Assembly (NCBI RefSeq): GCF_902459465.1
Contig: NC_047066.1
Coordinates: forward strand, 20,832,001 to 20,896,000
DNA from: Asterias rubens
Taxonomy: Eukaryota
Length of the DNA stretch: 64,000 nucleotides
Direction: 5' to 3'
Below, piece after piece: positions 1 through 11,104 of this stretch. A program made the translations under genes and the position numbers. Positions within the stretch are counted from its first letter, which is position 1. Every line of letters begins with the position of its first letter. A model generated the notes under the pieces. That model was not told where the DNA came from. It saw only the letters and a program-made list of their open reading frames with translations, and ran no database searches.

Positions 1-1309
1 TTTATTTTCTTCTATAAAAGAGATAATCTGAAGTCTTAATGTTTCAATGTTCGCATGGATGCTGTACATTTAAAAAAAAATACATGTTAGACAATCAAAA
101 GAAAGACTTTCAACAAAGTACACATGCTTATTTTCATTCATGTTTATTTTCATTCCCCAAATTATTGTTGTTTGTGCAAAGTGAGAAGTTTTAAATCACA
201 CACACCCGGCTGTAATTTATCAAGTTTGTAGATGAATTGGAGTGTAAGCTGTTTATATGTACAAAGATTCTAAACAATTCAATATTGAAAACATGGTTTC
301 TATTCTAAAATGATTTTACCTCCTGAAAGTACTTGGGGGAAGTCTAATTCTACCTCCATAAGGTTTATCACAATTCAGAACCGCAATGCTTCATAGGCAG
401 AGGGAGCATTTGACGACCGCGACGACAGTGTGCGCACGTCATGTCATGCGATGCGCCCGGGCTACCGATGCACCCGGGCCACCGATGTCACCTTTCATTA
501 CTCAGCATGCTCGGTGAAAAAGCGCCCTTTCTTGATATTTTTCTATTCGCAACAAACCTTATGGGCGTAGATAGGGGCCAAGAAGAAGCGGAGGGGGTAT
601 ATTTATTGGCACTATTTTTGCTTTACCTCCATCATGTCATGTACATGGTCATTGTTATTGTCTGTAGTGCACTGTCAGTGTGAGTGTCACTAGTCATGCT
701 AGTGTAGTGTTCAAAACAAAACTTTACATCATGTTTTTTGATTGAGAAACACTTTCACTTCAGTTTTTAATACTTAAAATTGGGGAACTACTATTTAAAT
801 TATGTAATTTCCCTTACTTAACTAACTACCTAGGCCTAGTGAAGGTAACTTCAACATTTTTAATTTTCAGAAGGTCGAGTTGTCTCGTATTGTAACACTT
901 ATAATATTGGGGCCGGGTGTACGTCCGTAAATAGAATTCCTTAGATAATTAGGTCCGATAATTATTCCTTATTTTTGTTTTCATATAATTTATAAAACAG
1001 TAAACTTGTTTACAAATAACAACTATTTGCGAAAAAAAAAAGGTCATTCATGGACAAAAAGTCTACGTAGTGCTTGCAATGACCCGGTCGTAAGCTACAC
1101 TCTAAATTAACCCATCATACAACAGACAAAAATAGGCAGTCGCCAGAGAGTAGAGCACAGTTTCTAAACCAGGCAGTGCTGTCACTTGTTCTCGCTTCTT
1201 GCGCTCGTTCGGTGCATGAAAAAACGAACAAGTAAAAAAATCTATGAAAAGAAACACACACCTTCCTGACCATATTTAGCCCAAACCACACCACGACAGC
1301 TCCTCTTAC

Positions 1310-1369
1310 CTGTTCTTCGAATCTCGTGATAAGCCATGACACCCATTCCATAGGTCTTTGGGAAGCCAT
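1310..1369 (-). CDS. NF1: Neurofibromin, first coding exon (rest of gene beyond left edge)
   Basis: Minus strand encodes MASQRPMEWVSWLITRFEEQ followed by a phase-0 donor CAG|GTAAGA at 1309. This matches the 20-codon first exon of vertebrate NF1 as I recall it (MAAHRPVEWVQAVVSRFDEQ) in sequence, length and intron position. Confidence 0.92.
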
Positions 1370-3158
1370 ACCGGGTGGGAAACTGGAATTTTCTGCACTT
1401 CTGACGGCCAGTGTACACGCGGATTTGTGATTTAGGCCGCCATGACACTTTTAGTACAGGAACGGTCGTCTGCGCGTGCTCAGGACACAAATTCCAAATA
1501 AGGAAAGTTGAATCGGAAGCAGGCGGTCACAGACAACAACACAAGACCGGTCAACACAAGCGCTGACGCAGTGTGTCCTTCGTTCATTCTGGGCTTTTGT
1601 TGTACAAGGTAATCCGACCTCTTTGACCCATTTAAAACGACAATAACTATTTCCCGGAGGCCAAACAAGCACAGTGAAACATAATCTTCGGACAGGAACA
1701 ACTTTGCTTGAGCGAGTTTTTTCTTTCATTAATCCAATTCCAAGTAAAATCTTCTACTGATAAAACAGTGATAGTAGGGATAAAACATGGAGGAAGCTAT
1801 TTTTTCCTTCATGGATAATAAAATCAGCTGGCGTTATTTCACTTTCGTTTTACTTGTGCTGGTGATCTGAAACATAATAATTTGAGACAGTCCCAAGTTT
1901 ATAAAATACTTCCAAATTTCTACAAAACACTATTGTTTGCCCCTACACCTTAAGAACCACGCCCACCCCTACGACCCCCCCCCCCCCCCCCAAGTTTATT
2001 TTAATGTGTTGTTCTTCTCTCTCTCTGTCTTGTTTTTGGTAGGGATGTCAGGGTTTTTTTGCTGTTCCTTTGTAACAGTTTTGACCAATCATCAAAAAGA
2101 CCCAGGTTTCAACAAAAATCCAGCCTACCCATCCCCCCCCCCACCTCACCCCCCCCCCACCTCACCCCACCCCCTCCCCCTCCAACAGCAACTCTGGTTC
2201 ATTACAGCGCCCTCTGTTGAAGTGCTTATACTGACTAATTGCCGTTTAGTATCCAACGATTTTGTTATAGTATATAAGTCGAGTACTGTGCCCAAAAATG
2301 CGCGTTTGCCTGAAACAAATTCTTGATTAACTAATAACAGTTCGGTTAAATAAATAACAACACTCTTTTAAATGCAGTAATAATTACAAAGACGTTTATT
2401 TTACAATTTTCTTCTTTTATTTGCAACCTATTAATTATTACTAGTAAGTAAACAAAGTTGTTATAACTTAATAATATTGAGGGCTTACAAAAATGTTGAA
2501 GAGACTAATACTGTGTGTTTTCCCTATTTATAGCCAAAAGGGACCTTTGCATTCAGATTAGGCATTTTTTACTTTAAAAGGGGGGAATTTGCTATGAAAT
2601 GAATGGTTGGAACGGAAATAATTTGTTTCAAAAGTAGATTTATAACAATAAACAAAACAATACCTTGAAATTGTGTTTTTCTTTTACTTCCTGAACTAAA
2701 AACGGACCGCCATTTTGTAGAACCAAACTGACTCCATAAATTAGCAGACCGAGTTAGTTCATAAAGTAATAGGAAAACCACACAATTTCTAGGGATACTT
2801 TGTGCGAGTCATTATATTCAAACTTTCAAAATCTTTCAAACCATAATAATTTCAAACACAAGCGCTTTAATAGCCCAACTCGCCCAATCCGAATGCAAAC
2901 TAACTTTAATTGTCATATAACTTACTCACTCATACAAAATAGATGTTTACCCTCGGTTTTCAGAATATGTGTTACATAATCTTCTTATTAACCATCCCTA
3001 AAGAGTACTGTAAATAAACAAGTAGAAATACTGTTGTACCAATAACCATCATGACCCACTAGTTACTTCTTTCGTTTGTTTGTTTATTTGTTTGTGGTTT
3101 GTTAACCCATCCCTGTTGAAATTGATAGATCTGCACCTGAATATTAATTATTATGAAC

Positions 3159-3601
3159 CTCTAGCTACCGGGCAACTTCGGTAGTCTAGTTGGTAAGACA
3201 CTGCTCTAAAATTGCTAGGGTCGTGGGTTCGAATCCCACCCGAGTAACATGCCTGTGATATTTTTTCAAAGGACTCGGGAAAGTACCGAGTATACAGTGC
3301 TAACACACATCGGTGTATGGGTAAAAACCAAAAATTAATATTCTTTATCCCCGATGCAAATTTAACATCTCTTATAATCGTTGCGGTACCCGCTGCCAAA
3401 ACATAGGATTCAAACTGCCTCTAGCTACCGGGCAACCTCGGTAGTCTAGTTGGTAAGACACTGCTCTAGAATTGCAAGGGTCGTGGGTTCGAATCCCACC
3501 CGAGTAATATGCCTGTGATATTTTTTTCACAGGACTCGGGAAAGTACTGAGTATACAGTGCTAACACACATCGGTGTATATAATGGGTAAAAACCAAAAC
3601 A
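3159..3601 (+). mobile_element. Two tandem copies of a tRNA-derived SINE-like repeat (3159-3332, 3419-3601)
   Basis: Near-identical ~175-bp units with A-box-like TAGTCTAGTTGGT and B-box GGTTCGAATCC, followed by a non-tRNA tail. A degraded reverse copy lies at ~21060-21196. Confidence 0.75.
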
Positions 3602-3624
3602 AATATAATAACTCAATATTTTAA

Positions 3625-3994
3625 AGGCATTGGACACCTTTCGGTAATTGTCAATGACAATGAGTATCCTCACAATTGTGTATCCTACTGGGCATAAATT
3701 GACAATTCTGTGAAAAAGTTTACTCAATTGGTCATAAAAGTTGCAAGAGAATTTCAAAAGAAAAAACACCTTTCTTGCACAAATTTGTGTGCTTTCAGAT
3801 GCCTTAAGAAGGCTTCAGGCCTTAAGACCTTTGATATTTGAAAGAGAAAATACCTCTTTCTCAAAAACTATGTTACTTCAGAGGGAGCGTTTCTCACACT
3901 GTTTTGTATAATCAACAGCTCTCCATTGCTAGCTACCAAGTAGGTTTTTATGCAAACAATTATTTTCAGTAATTACAAATAGTGTCAAGTGCCT
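3625..3994. mobile_element. Kolobok-type MITE family A copy
   Basis: TTAA|AGGCATTGGACAC...GTGTCAAGTGCCT|TTAA: TIRs, TTAA on both sides and AGG/CCT termini. The same internal sequence recurs many times in the window. Confidence 0.75.
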
Positions 3995-4299
3995 TTAAAA
4001 CTGATCATCTTGGGGGGAACTCAAGTTGATGTTAAGGTATTTCTTAATGAACTAAGATCAGGTGAACCAAAACTACTTTGAATGAGATAATCTACCACAA
4101 CATTCTTGCTGGTAAAGGTAAACTGACCATTTCAAAATGATCATTTCTAATGAAAAACAAAATCAACAGAAAAAAAACCTAGAACATGTATATTTGCGTT
4201 TGAATGGTACGTGCACTCCAATAAATAAATAAGGATTTATAATGACCATTTAATGGTCCATGATAATGTACAGACATGATACCTTCCCTAAAAAAAACC

Positions 4300-7065
4300 T
4301 CATATTCCTTCCGTGAAGGAGAACTTTGTTGAAATCATCCCAAACCCTGCACTAAGCCCTATGCCAGCAAGCAGCCAACTTGTGTAGGAACTTCCAACAA
4401 GAAAAAAGAGTACATTCAAGGGAGTTAAGAAAACCAAGAGTTGGACTTTTATGTTGTGATTATTGATCAGCTGGTACTGTACAAATGTTGACAAAACCGG
4501 AAAGGTTAGGAGAAATAATCCAATTTCCAAAATGGCCACAAATCCCATTCCCACTAGCCAGAGATCACTTTGCATCACTGCTGCTGAGTATACATTGAGT
4601 AAACTTACCCCAACAACAACCCCACTTGTACTTCTGGTGGTTAGATTCACAAAGACAATTGGTTCTCTTTGGAGGCTCAACAAAATCAGAGCTGAGACTG
4701 AATTCCAGATTTCCCACTGCTCAATTGGGCAATTCATGCAGGCAAGAAGGTAAGCTGAGATGGTTAACAAGTTGCAAATAAGTGCTTCTTGGTTTGGTGA
4801 AGACCCGAATGGATCTCTCTTCTTTATGAAAAAACAGTGGGCACGTAGAGCAAACACAAGAAGCATGCTGATTATGCAGTACAGTTGCAAACAAGGCATT
4901 TTCAAATCTTTGCCACTGTCACTCAGTGCTTGATTTGCCTCTGTAATGTAAGTCATTAGGGCAACAATTGCAAGAAAACACACAGAGGGCTTCAAGGTGA
5001 ACTGCTTCTGAAGAGGCCTACTTGATTGAAAGTTTATCAAAAGGGTGAGCATAACAAAAGAACACGCTGTACAAGAAAGAGTATACTGTAAAATTGTTAA
5101 ATTGGAAGCAGTTGTACAGAGCATCAGAGAGACTTTTAATCCAGATGCAAGTCCAAAGATGCATGAGAGTATAAAGACCAAGAATGGACCAAGCTGAAAA
5201 GATGCTATTCTAAGGAAGATTGCTGAACCCAGAGTACAGGCAGTAATGGTCAGCCAGCTGCTCAAATTGTATTGTGAAACTGAACTTGATGGCTGAATCA
5301 CAAATATTAGACAAGTTGTCATGATCCACAGAATGTTGATTTTACGAGCAGAGGGGAGATGACGTAAATGTTGGGTAGTTACCTTCAGGCTTAGTAAGGC
5401 TGAGATGATGTTTACAAAGCATGCTGCCTGCAGTGATGTAGGTGTGCTGTCATAAAGAATGTAACACAGCGGTTGCAGTAGACTGTGATAAGAAAGTATT
5501 ATGCTGACTGTGACAGATAAGATGTACATAGACGCAGCCCTGATTGAAAGTTCACCCTGCTGTTCAAAGCAAAACAACTTGGTTATCGTTAACGTAAGAG
5601 CTACTATGCTGAATGAGCCACTTATAGGAGACTGATTGACCCCAGCTAAAACTTCCACCAAGTATGGAGCCTTAAAGGCGTGTAGCGCTGACCCTATCCA
5701 AGCACAATACCAGGTAACAACACCGGCTGACAGCAACCTGACAAAAAGGTAAACACTACAGACACTTGTACACAGTAACAAAAAGGACGAGTATAGTTGA
5801 TGCTGGTACAAAAGTGATTCAGCGTAAACCAGCCCTCCCATGAAAGCAATGAGCAGAGCTGATGAGAGTTTCTGGTTTTGTGAGCTGGATACCAAGAAAC
5901 AAGCAACGGACAGGACTGCCATAGAGATGAGACCATAAGTGATCCATGTGAGGTCCAAGTCTTGAAGCTCTAAATGTCTTGGTATACTGAAATACACAGC
6001 CAGTGTGTAGATAAGACCAACAGCAACACCACATATCAACTTGAACATTTGCTGCACGTGCCCTTTTTGTGATGCTGTCCAACCAAGAAGCACATTAGTT
6101 AGTACTGTGACCGATAACCAATCAACCATGAATGAAACATGTGTGTATTTCATGAGTATTGACCCAAGAAGAAGTGCTGTTACACCTGAAATCCATCGAA
6201 TCATGATGATGTATTTGTAATGAATCCCATAACCTTCAGTCCATGCTCTCAGTTCCAGTAATGTCATTAAAAAACATGGTGTAAAAATCAAGAACAATAG
6301 TCTCAATACACTTATCAACTCAAATAAATTCCAAATATTCATGATAATAAATACCTCTGCAGGAGTTGAAACATATAAAATTAAAAGTAGAGAAACTTCG
6401 ACATGACCTAGAACAAAAGCCCCCGAACTGGTAAATGATTTATAATTGGGCTTACGAAATGAAGGTGATGTCGGCGTAACAAATAGTCTTAATATGAGAA
6501 ATCCATGAATAATGACGCTGTAGGGAATATAACTTGGAGAGGCCAGCATCGTCAACATGCAACAGGTTACTGCGACAGAAACACTGGGGAAGATGGTGAA
6601 CAAAGACATCTCTAATGCCTCAGCGAGAGTAGGCTCTTCTTTAAGGAACTCCTCAAAGTGGACCAGAATCCATCCACCTGTCATCACTATGGACATATTC
6701 AGCAAGAGGATGGTAATGATGTTGTAGAAGGACTCCCAAAGAAGCGGCAAAGCAGAGTAGATGATGCTCATTTGGGCTGCAATAAAGACGCACAGATACA
6801 CCAGAACAGCTCTCCGTTTTGCTCCTCCACTATGCATGAAATGGATCAGAAGCCCTCCTATGACCACAACACCGAGGAGTAGTTCTCCAGATAGGGCCAA
6901 AGCAAGGAACATGCCAGGTAAAGCTGTGATGAAGACACGGCCATCGTACTGGAAAGGTCGGAGCTCAAACCAATCAGGGAGTTCCTTTTGAGGGTCGGTT
7001 GGAGAAGGAGGTGGGCTAGAGTCAGTGGGTGATGGAGGAGGCTGATCACTGGTAGTTCGTCTCAT
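4300..7065 (-). CDS. 921-aa multi-pass membrane protein, NO EXINE FORMATION 1 (NEF1)-like, single coding exon
   Basis: Uninterrupted 2766-nt ORF with a perfect Kozak GCCACCATG, preceded by a NAGNAG acceptor TTTTTCAG|CAG at 7075-7080 (5'UTR intron). Many hydrophobic segments. Motifs FQYDGRVFITALPG, IAAQMS, EEPTLAEALEMSLF..P, PSFR..FVLGHVE, LYSSFLLLCTS..RL and HLRHLPSARK..CLIFVIQP align in order with Arabidopsis NEF1 as recalled (FAYNGRIAIALVP, LAAQIS, ENPSIVVALERLLF..P, SSFK..FILGQLE, MYPSYMVILTS..RL, HFSHVLSAKR..CMFILMQP). ORF confidence is high; the family call is from memory. Confidence 0.85.
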   Translation of the reverse strand: MRRTTSDQPPPSPTDSSPPPSPTDPQKELPDWFELRPFQYDGRVFITALPGMFLALALSGELLLGVVVIGGLLIHFMHSGGAKRRAVLVYLCVFIAAQMSIIYSALPLLWESFYNIITILLLNMSIVMTGGWILVHFEEFLKEEPTLAEALEMSLFTIFPSVSVAVTCCMLTMLASPSYIPYSVIIHGFLILRLFVTPTSPSFRKPNYKSFTSSGAFVLGHVEVSLLLILYVSTPAEVFIIMNIWNLFELISVLRLLFLIFTPCFLMTLLELRAWTEGYGIHYKYIIMIRWISGVTALLLGSILMKYTHVSFMVDWLSVTVLTNVLLGWTASQKGHVQQMFKLICGVAVGLIYTLAVYFSIPRHLELQDLDLTWITYGLISMAVLSVACFLVSSSQNQKLSSALLIAFMGGLVYAESLLYQHQLYSSFLLLCTSVCSVYLFVRLLSAGVVTWYCAWIGSALHAFKAPYLVEVLAGVNQSPISGSFSIVALTLTITKLFCFEQQGELSIRAASMYILSVTVSIILSYHSLLQPLCYILYDSTPTSLQAACFVNIISALLSLKVTTQHLRHLPSARKINILWIMTTCLIFVIQPSSSVSQYNLSSWLTITACTLGSAIFLRIASFQLGPFLVFILSCIFGLASGLKVSLMLCTTASNLTILQYTLSCTACSFVMLTLLINFQSSRPLQKQFTLKPSVCFLAIVALMTYITEANQALSDSGKDLKMPCLQLYCIISMLLVFALRAHCFFIKKRDPFGSSPNQEALICNLLTISAYLLACMNCPIEQWEIWNSVSALILLSLQREPIVFVNLTTRSTSGVVVGVSLLNVYSAAVMQSDLWLVGMGFVAILEIGLFLLTFPVLSTFVQYQLINNHNIKVQLLVFLTPLNVLFFLVGSSYTSWLLAGIGLSAGFGMISTKFSFTEGI

Positions 7066-7689
7066 GGTGGCAAACTGCTGAAAAATAATTAAACAAAATC
7101 ATAAGCTGTCAATATTGTTTAGTAATTTATGTTATTCAGCGACAATTTTTAAATAAATTTTTTTTCATATAATACAAATTTACATGGAAACAAAATTACA
7201 GCTTAGGTCAAGGTCATGGGGTTTAGAAACCCCATTATAAAATTTGCCAGAAATTAGTGCGACTAGCTAAGTTTTTAAGATAACGTGAGCAACAGTATAC
7301 TTCTGTTTATTGTGCTACATAATATGTTGCTGCACTGTTTAAGGCCTACTGTTAGTACAAAAATAAAACATTAGTTGACTACTCAGATTTTTTTGCATGC
7401 TTTGTTTTTTGCTTGTTTTCACGCTTATAAATACCGTTTTTAAAATCAATTAACAACACAATTGAGCATCTTTGCCCCAGTTGTTAGATCAGTGATCCTT
7501 GTCACACTAAGGTAAGGTCATCGTCATAACAGGTCCAAATTACATTGTTTATTAATTTACAGGGTTATAAAAACTATGAGTATCATCAGACAACTACTAT
7601 GTTATGTAAAAAGTTAACTTGATTGAAATTTTGAAAGCAAAGAAAAAAAAAGAAAGATGTCAGCAATTAACAAATTTAAAGGAAAAGTT

Positions 7690-7806
7690 TCCGTATGGCG
7701 CCACCACTTTTTCATTCGAAATAAAATAATATAGTATCTAATTTACCTGATTGATATATCCCTTTTTTTAAAAATGAGTGAAAAAGTGGTGGCGCCATAC
7801 GGAAAG
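7690..7806. repeat. Short palindromic MITE-like element
   Basis: TTCCGTATGGCGCCACCACTTTTTCA ... TGAAAAAGTGGTGGCGCCATACGGAA form inverted arms of ~26 bp. Confidence 0.7.
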
Positions 7807-9456
7807 TTATCCAATTTAAATGTCAAACTTGGGATTGTGACTGTCTATATGAGTATGTCATGTCTGTGTGGCATTGCCATTGCATTGGTCATGACTGTGT
7901 CACTTGGGTTTTTGGGGTGTGTGTGTGTGCTGTCTATCACTTTCAGTGAGTAACCTTCTATTTATAAATATTTTTATAAGTTAGTAATTAGTATGAATGT
8001 AATTTTTTAACATTTATGATTAACAATCAATGTTTATTATATTAGCCTAAGGCAAACAGTCATATTTATTGGCAATTTTATATCATCCGATAATCATTAT
8101 CAATATCCTTATTTTTAATATTATTAGAAAATTAGAGAGATAAATATTATTCAGTTCATTCAAACTTTATTTTGTTAAATTATTTTAATTATTTAGTAAA
8201 ACAAGTAAAACATATTATAATTTTTAAAAATATGCGTCAGATTTTCAGACAAATTTACCTTTCTGACAGCTTCCAAATGAAGTGACTTGAGTGGAATAAA
8301 GATAAATTAGCGATTGTCGTACGCCTATTCACGAAGATTGAGCTAATTTTGTGAATACGAGTCGATACTGACAATACCAATCGCCTGTGTACTGTGCAGC
8401 ATTAGATACACGGGCGCCGCCATTGCTCCGTTGTTCATCTATCCGCCTATTCGTCAATTGGTGGCGCCCTTCAAGATTAATGGCGCACCAACTAAAAAAA
8501 CTCCAATAATTCACAAGTCGTTCACACCGGTGGAAAGATGGAGCAAAGTTGTCATGTGTGCTATTCGGATGCCGGAATATCCAAGAAAGAGTCAGGTAAG
8601 ATTGCGTATCTTAAGGACACTGGACACTATTGGTAATTGTCAAAGACCAGTCTGCTTGCTGTATCTCATGCAAAAATCTGTGCAAATTTGAGCTCAACTG
8701 GTCATCGAAGTTGCGAGGAGAAAAAAAACCTTGTCATACGAAGTTGTGCGCTTTCAGATGCTAGTGATTTCGACACCCATATAAATAGAATTCTAATTCT
8801 GATACAATTATACCAATGGTCCACCAGTTATATTTATAATCCTCTATAACCTATAGAGGTTTCTCTCATCTCGCACCCAGTTGCTAAAAAAAAATCCAAA
8901 CGACATTGCAATTGGTAAAATATTTTAATATTTTCATTATGACGTAATTTTGACGGAAAGAGCCAATTTTGACGAAAGGGAAAAGAAATAAAAATTATTG
9001 CAATGTCGTTTGGGAACAAAAACTTCGCCACCCGGTTCTGCCGGTGTACTGAGCGGGTTGTCTCGCGGACTGTTACCCGGAGTATAGCCATCTAAACATT
9101 ATGAAAAAACTATGCCAATACATGTATGTACATAATAATCTTAACTTGTGCCACAAAATAGTACGTTGAATCCGTTTGCAACCATCAATCTAATTCTATT
9201 ACACAACAATACAGAGTTCAAAAAAAGAAGCACGACGAGCAACTTGTAAATTCCACATTTCTAAATACTTTGGTGGTATCTCTTTCTTGCGTTTAACAGA
9301 AAACAATCCCTTTGTTGCATTTAACAGAAAACAATCTCTTTATTGCATTTAACAGAAAACAACCTCTTCGATTAATAATAATAATAATAGTGACAGTGAA
9401 CTTACGGCCATTACCTGGAGACAAACTCTTGGAGGCTGATCGTTGCAAATCTTTAA

Positions 9457-9836
9457 AGGGAGTGGACACTATTGGTAATTACTCAAAATAATTATCACCA
9501 TAAAACCTTTCTTTATTACCAGTAATGGGGAGAGGTTGATAGTATAAAACATTGTGAGAAACAGCTCCCTCTGAAGTGACGTAGTTTTCGAGAAAGAAGT
9601 AATTTTCCACAAAATTTGATTTTGAGACCTCAAGTTTAGAATTTAATGGTCTCGAAATCAAGCATCAGAAAGCACACAACTTAGTATGACAAGGGTGTTT
9701 TTTCTTTCATTATTATCTCGCAACTTCGACGACCGATTGAGCTCAAATTTTCATAGGTTTGTTATTTTATGCATATGTTGAGGTACACCAACTTTGAAGA
9801 CTAGTCTTTGACAATTACCAATAGTGTCCACTGCCT
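9457..9836. mobile_element. Kolobok-type MITE family A copy
   Basis: TTAA|AGGGAGTGGACACTATTGGTAATT ... AATTACCAATAGTGTCCACTGCCT. Confidence 0.75.
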
Positions 9837-10763
9837 GTAAAAGACCGTTGGAAATTGAATCGGCATATTATAGGCTGAAATTTTGCACTGTATGTTGTCA
9901 AATCTTAGAAAATCTTGGGATAATATTTCACCCAATTCACCCAATAGCCATGGTCTGCCCGCCACATACTCACATCGTCGGGCCTCAGCGGGCTCTCTCA
10001 AAGTTGCTGCCTTCTCTGGGAAGATCAATTTGCGTACTGAATAAAATTGTACTGGTTTCGCCTGCAATCACTTAAACATTCCTCACCTACAACTCTTCCT
10101 TGCTCTATGCTTACAATAAAACACATTAGCACATTCCCCAAATTCCTGGAACTCAAGCAAGAACAATGACAATTGTTAACATTAGCACTGTGACATTATA
10201 AGGCATGCAGGCCGCGCCTAGCTAGGTATTCTCCACTAGTTGAACAATACTGGCGATAAACATTAGCCTGTTTGGATGCCTGTGATTGAACCAAACAAAC
10301 TACAGGGGTATTTTGCGCAATGCTAAACTTAGATAAAAGATGATCACATAATTCAGAATCTGAACGGAAATGTGTGACAATTTCACTGTAACAATAAATT
10401 AGTCAAAACGACGTTAAGTAATTAGTCACCATGTTGACTGACATGGGCTTACGTCGTTACGTTCTTTATTTAATTTTTCAGTTTATAGGCTGAATTTATT
10501 TTTTGACTAACTTTTATGTTGTAAGGATTGTTTTATAGTTATTTTAAACATGTTTGACACTGGTTCACTGTGCTAAGAAACCTGTCATACGCCAGTAGGC
10601 CTACGTACATCGCTCTCCATTGTGTATTATAGCTTCTTTAAGCATTTTATGGGTTGTTTAAACCTCTGCCACCTTTGGCGGTTCCTTTGTTCGTTCAGAA
10701 ATTTTGGGTGTATGGGAGGCAATCAAGGGATGAACTTCGTCTCTGAACGGCATATAAGTTTAA

Positions 10764-11104
10764 AGGCAGTGGACACTATGGTAGTTACTCAAAATAATGA
10801 TTAGCCCAAAACGTTTACTTCGTAACGAGTAATGGGGAGAGATCGATGGTATAAAACATTTTGAGAAACGGGTCCCTCTGAAGTAACGTAATTTTCATTT
10901 TCCCCGAATTTGATTTCGACCTCATCAAGCATCGGAAAACACACAACTTAGTGTGACAAGTGATTTTTTCTTTCATTATTATCTCGCAACTGACTTCGAC
11001 AACCAGTTGAGCTCAACTTTGCACAGGTTTTTTTTTATGCATTATGTTGAGATACACCAAGGGATCGAGACGTCTTTGACAATTACCGGTAGTGTCCTTT
11101 GCCT
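10764..11104. mobile_element. Kolobok-type MITE family A copy
   Basis: TTAA|AGGCAGTGGACACTAT ... GTGTCCTTTGCCT|TTAA. Confidence 0.75.

Noticed and set aside
1960-2185. Poly-C tracts as a regulatory G-quadruplex upstream of NF1
   Set aside because: Homopolymer-C runs occur throughout the window (27058, 31102, 48963, 59374), so there is nothing specific here.
3159-3601. tRNA genes (also 19600-19665, 42370-42498, 45485-45575)
   Set aside because: A and B boxes are present, but I could not fold a clean cloverleaf with a consistent anticodon, and each continues into a shared non-tRNA tail. They are SINE heads.
4463-7049. Small ORFs overlapping the 921-aa gene
   Set aside because: Shadow ORFs with no independent splice, start or homology support.
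9395-10070. Minus-strand donor-like sites (GTAAGT ~9409, GTGAGT ~9975) suggesting extra exons
   Set aside because: No coding homology or consistent acceptor/frame could be established. They could be 5'UTR exons but I cannot support this.
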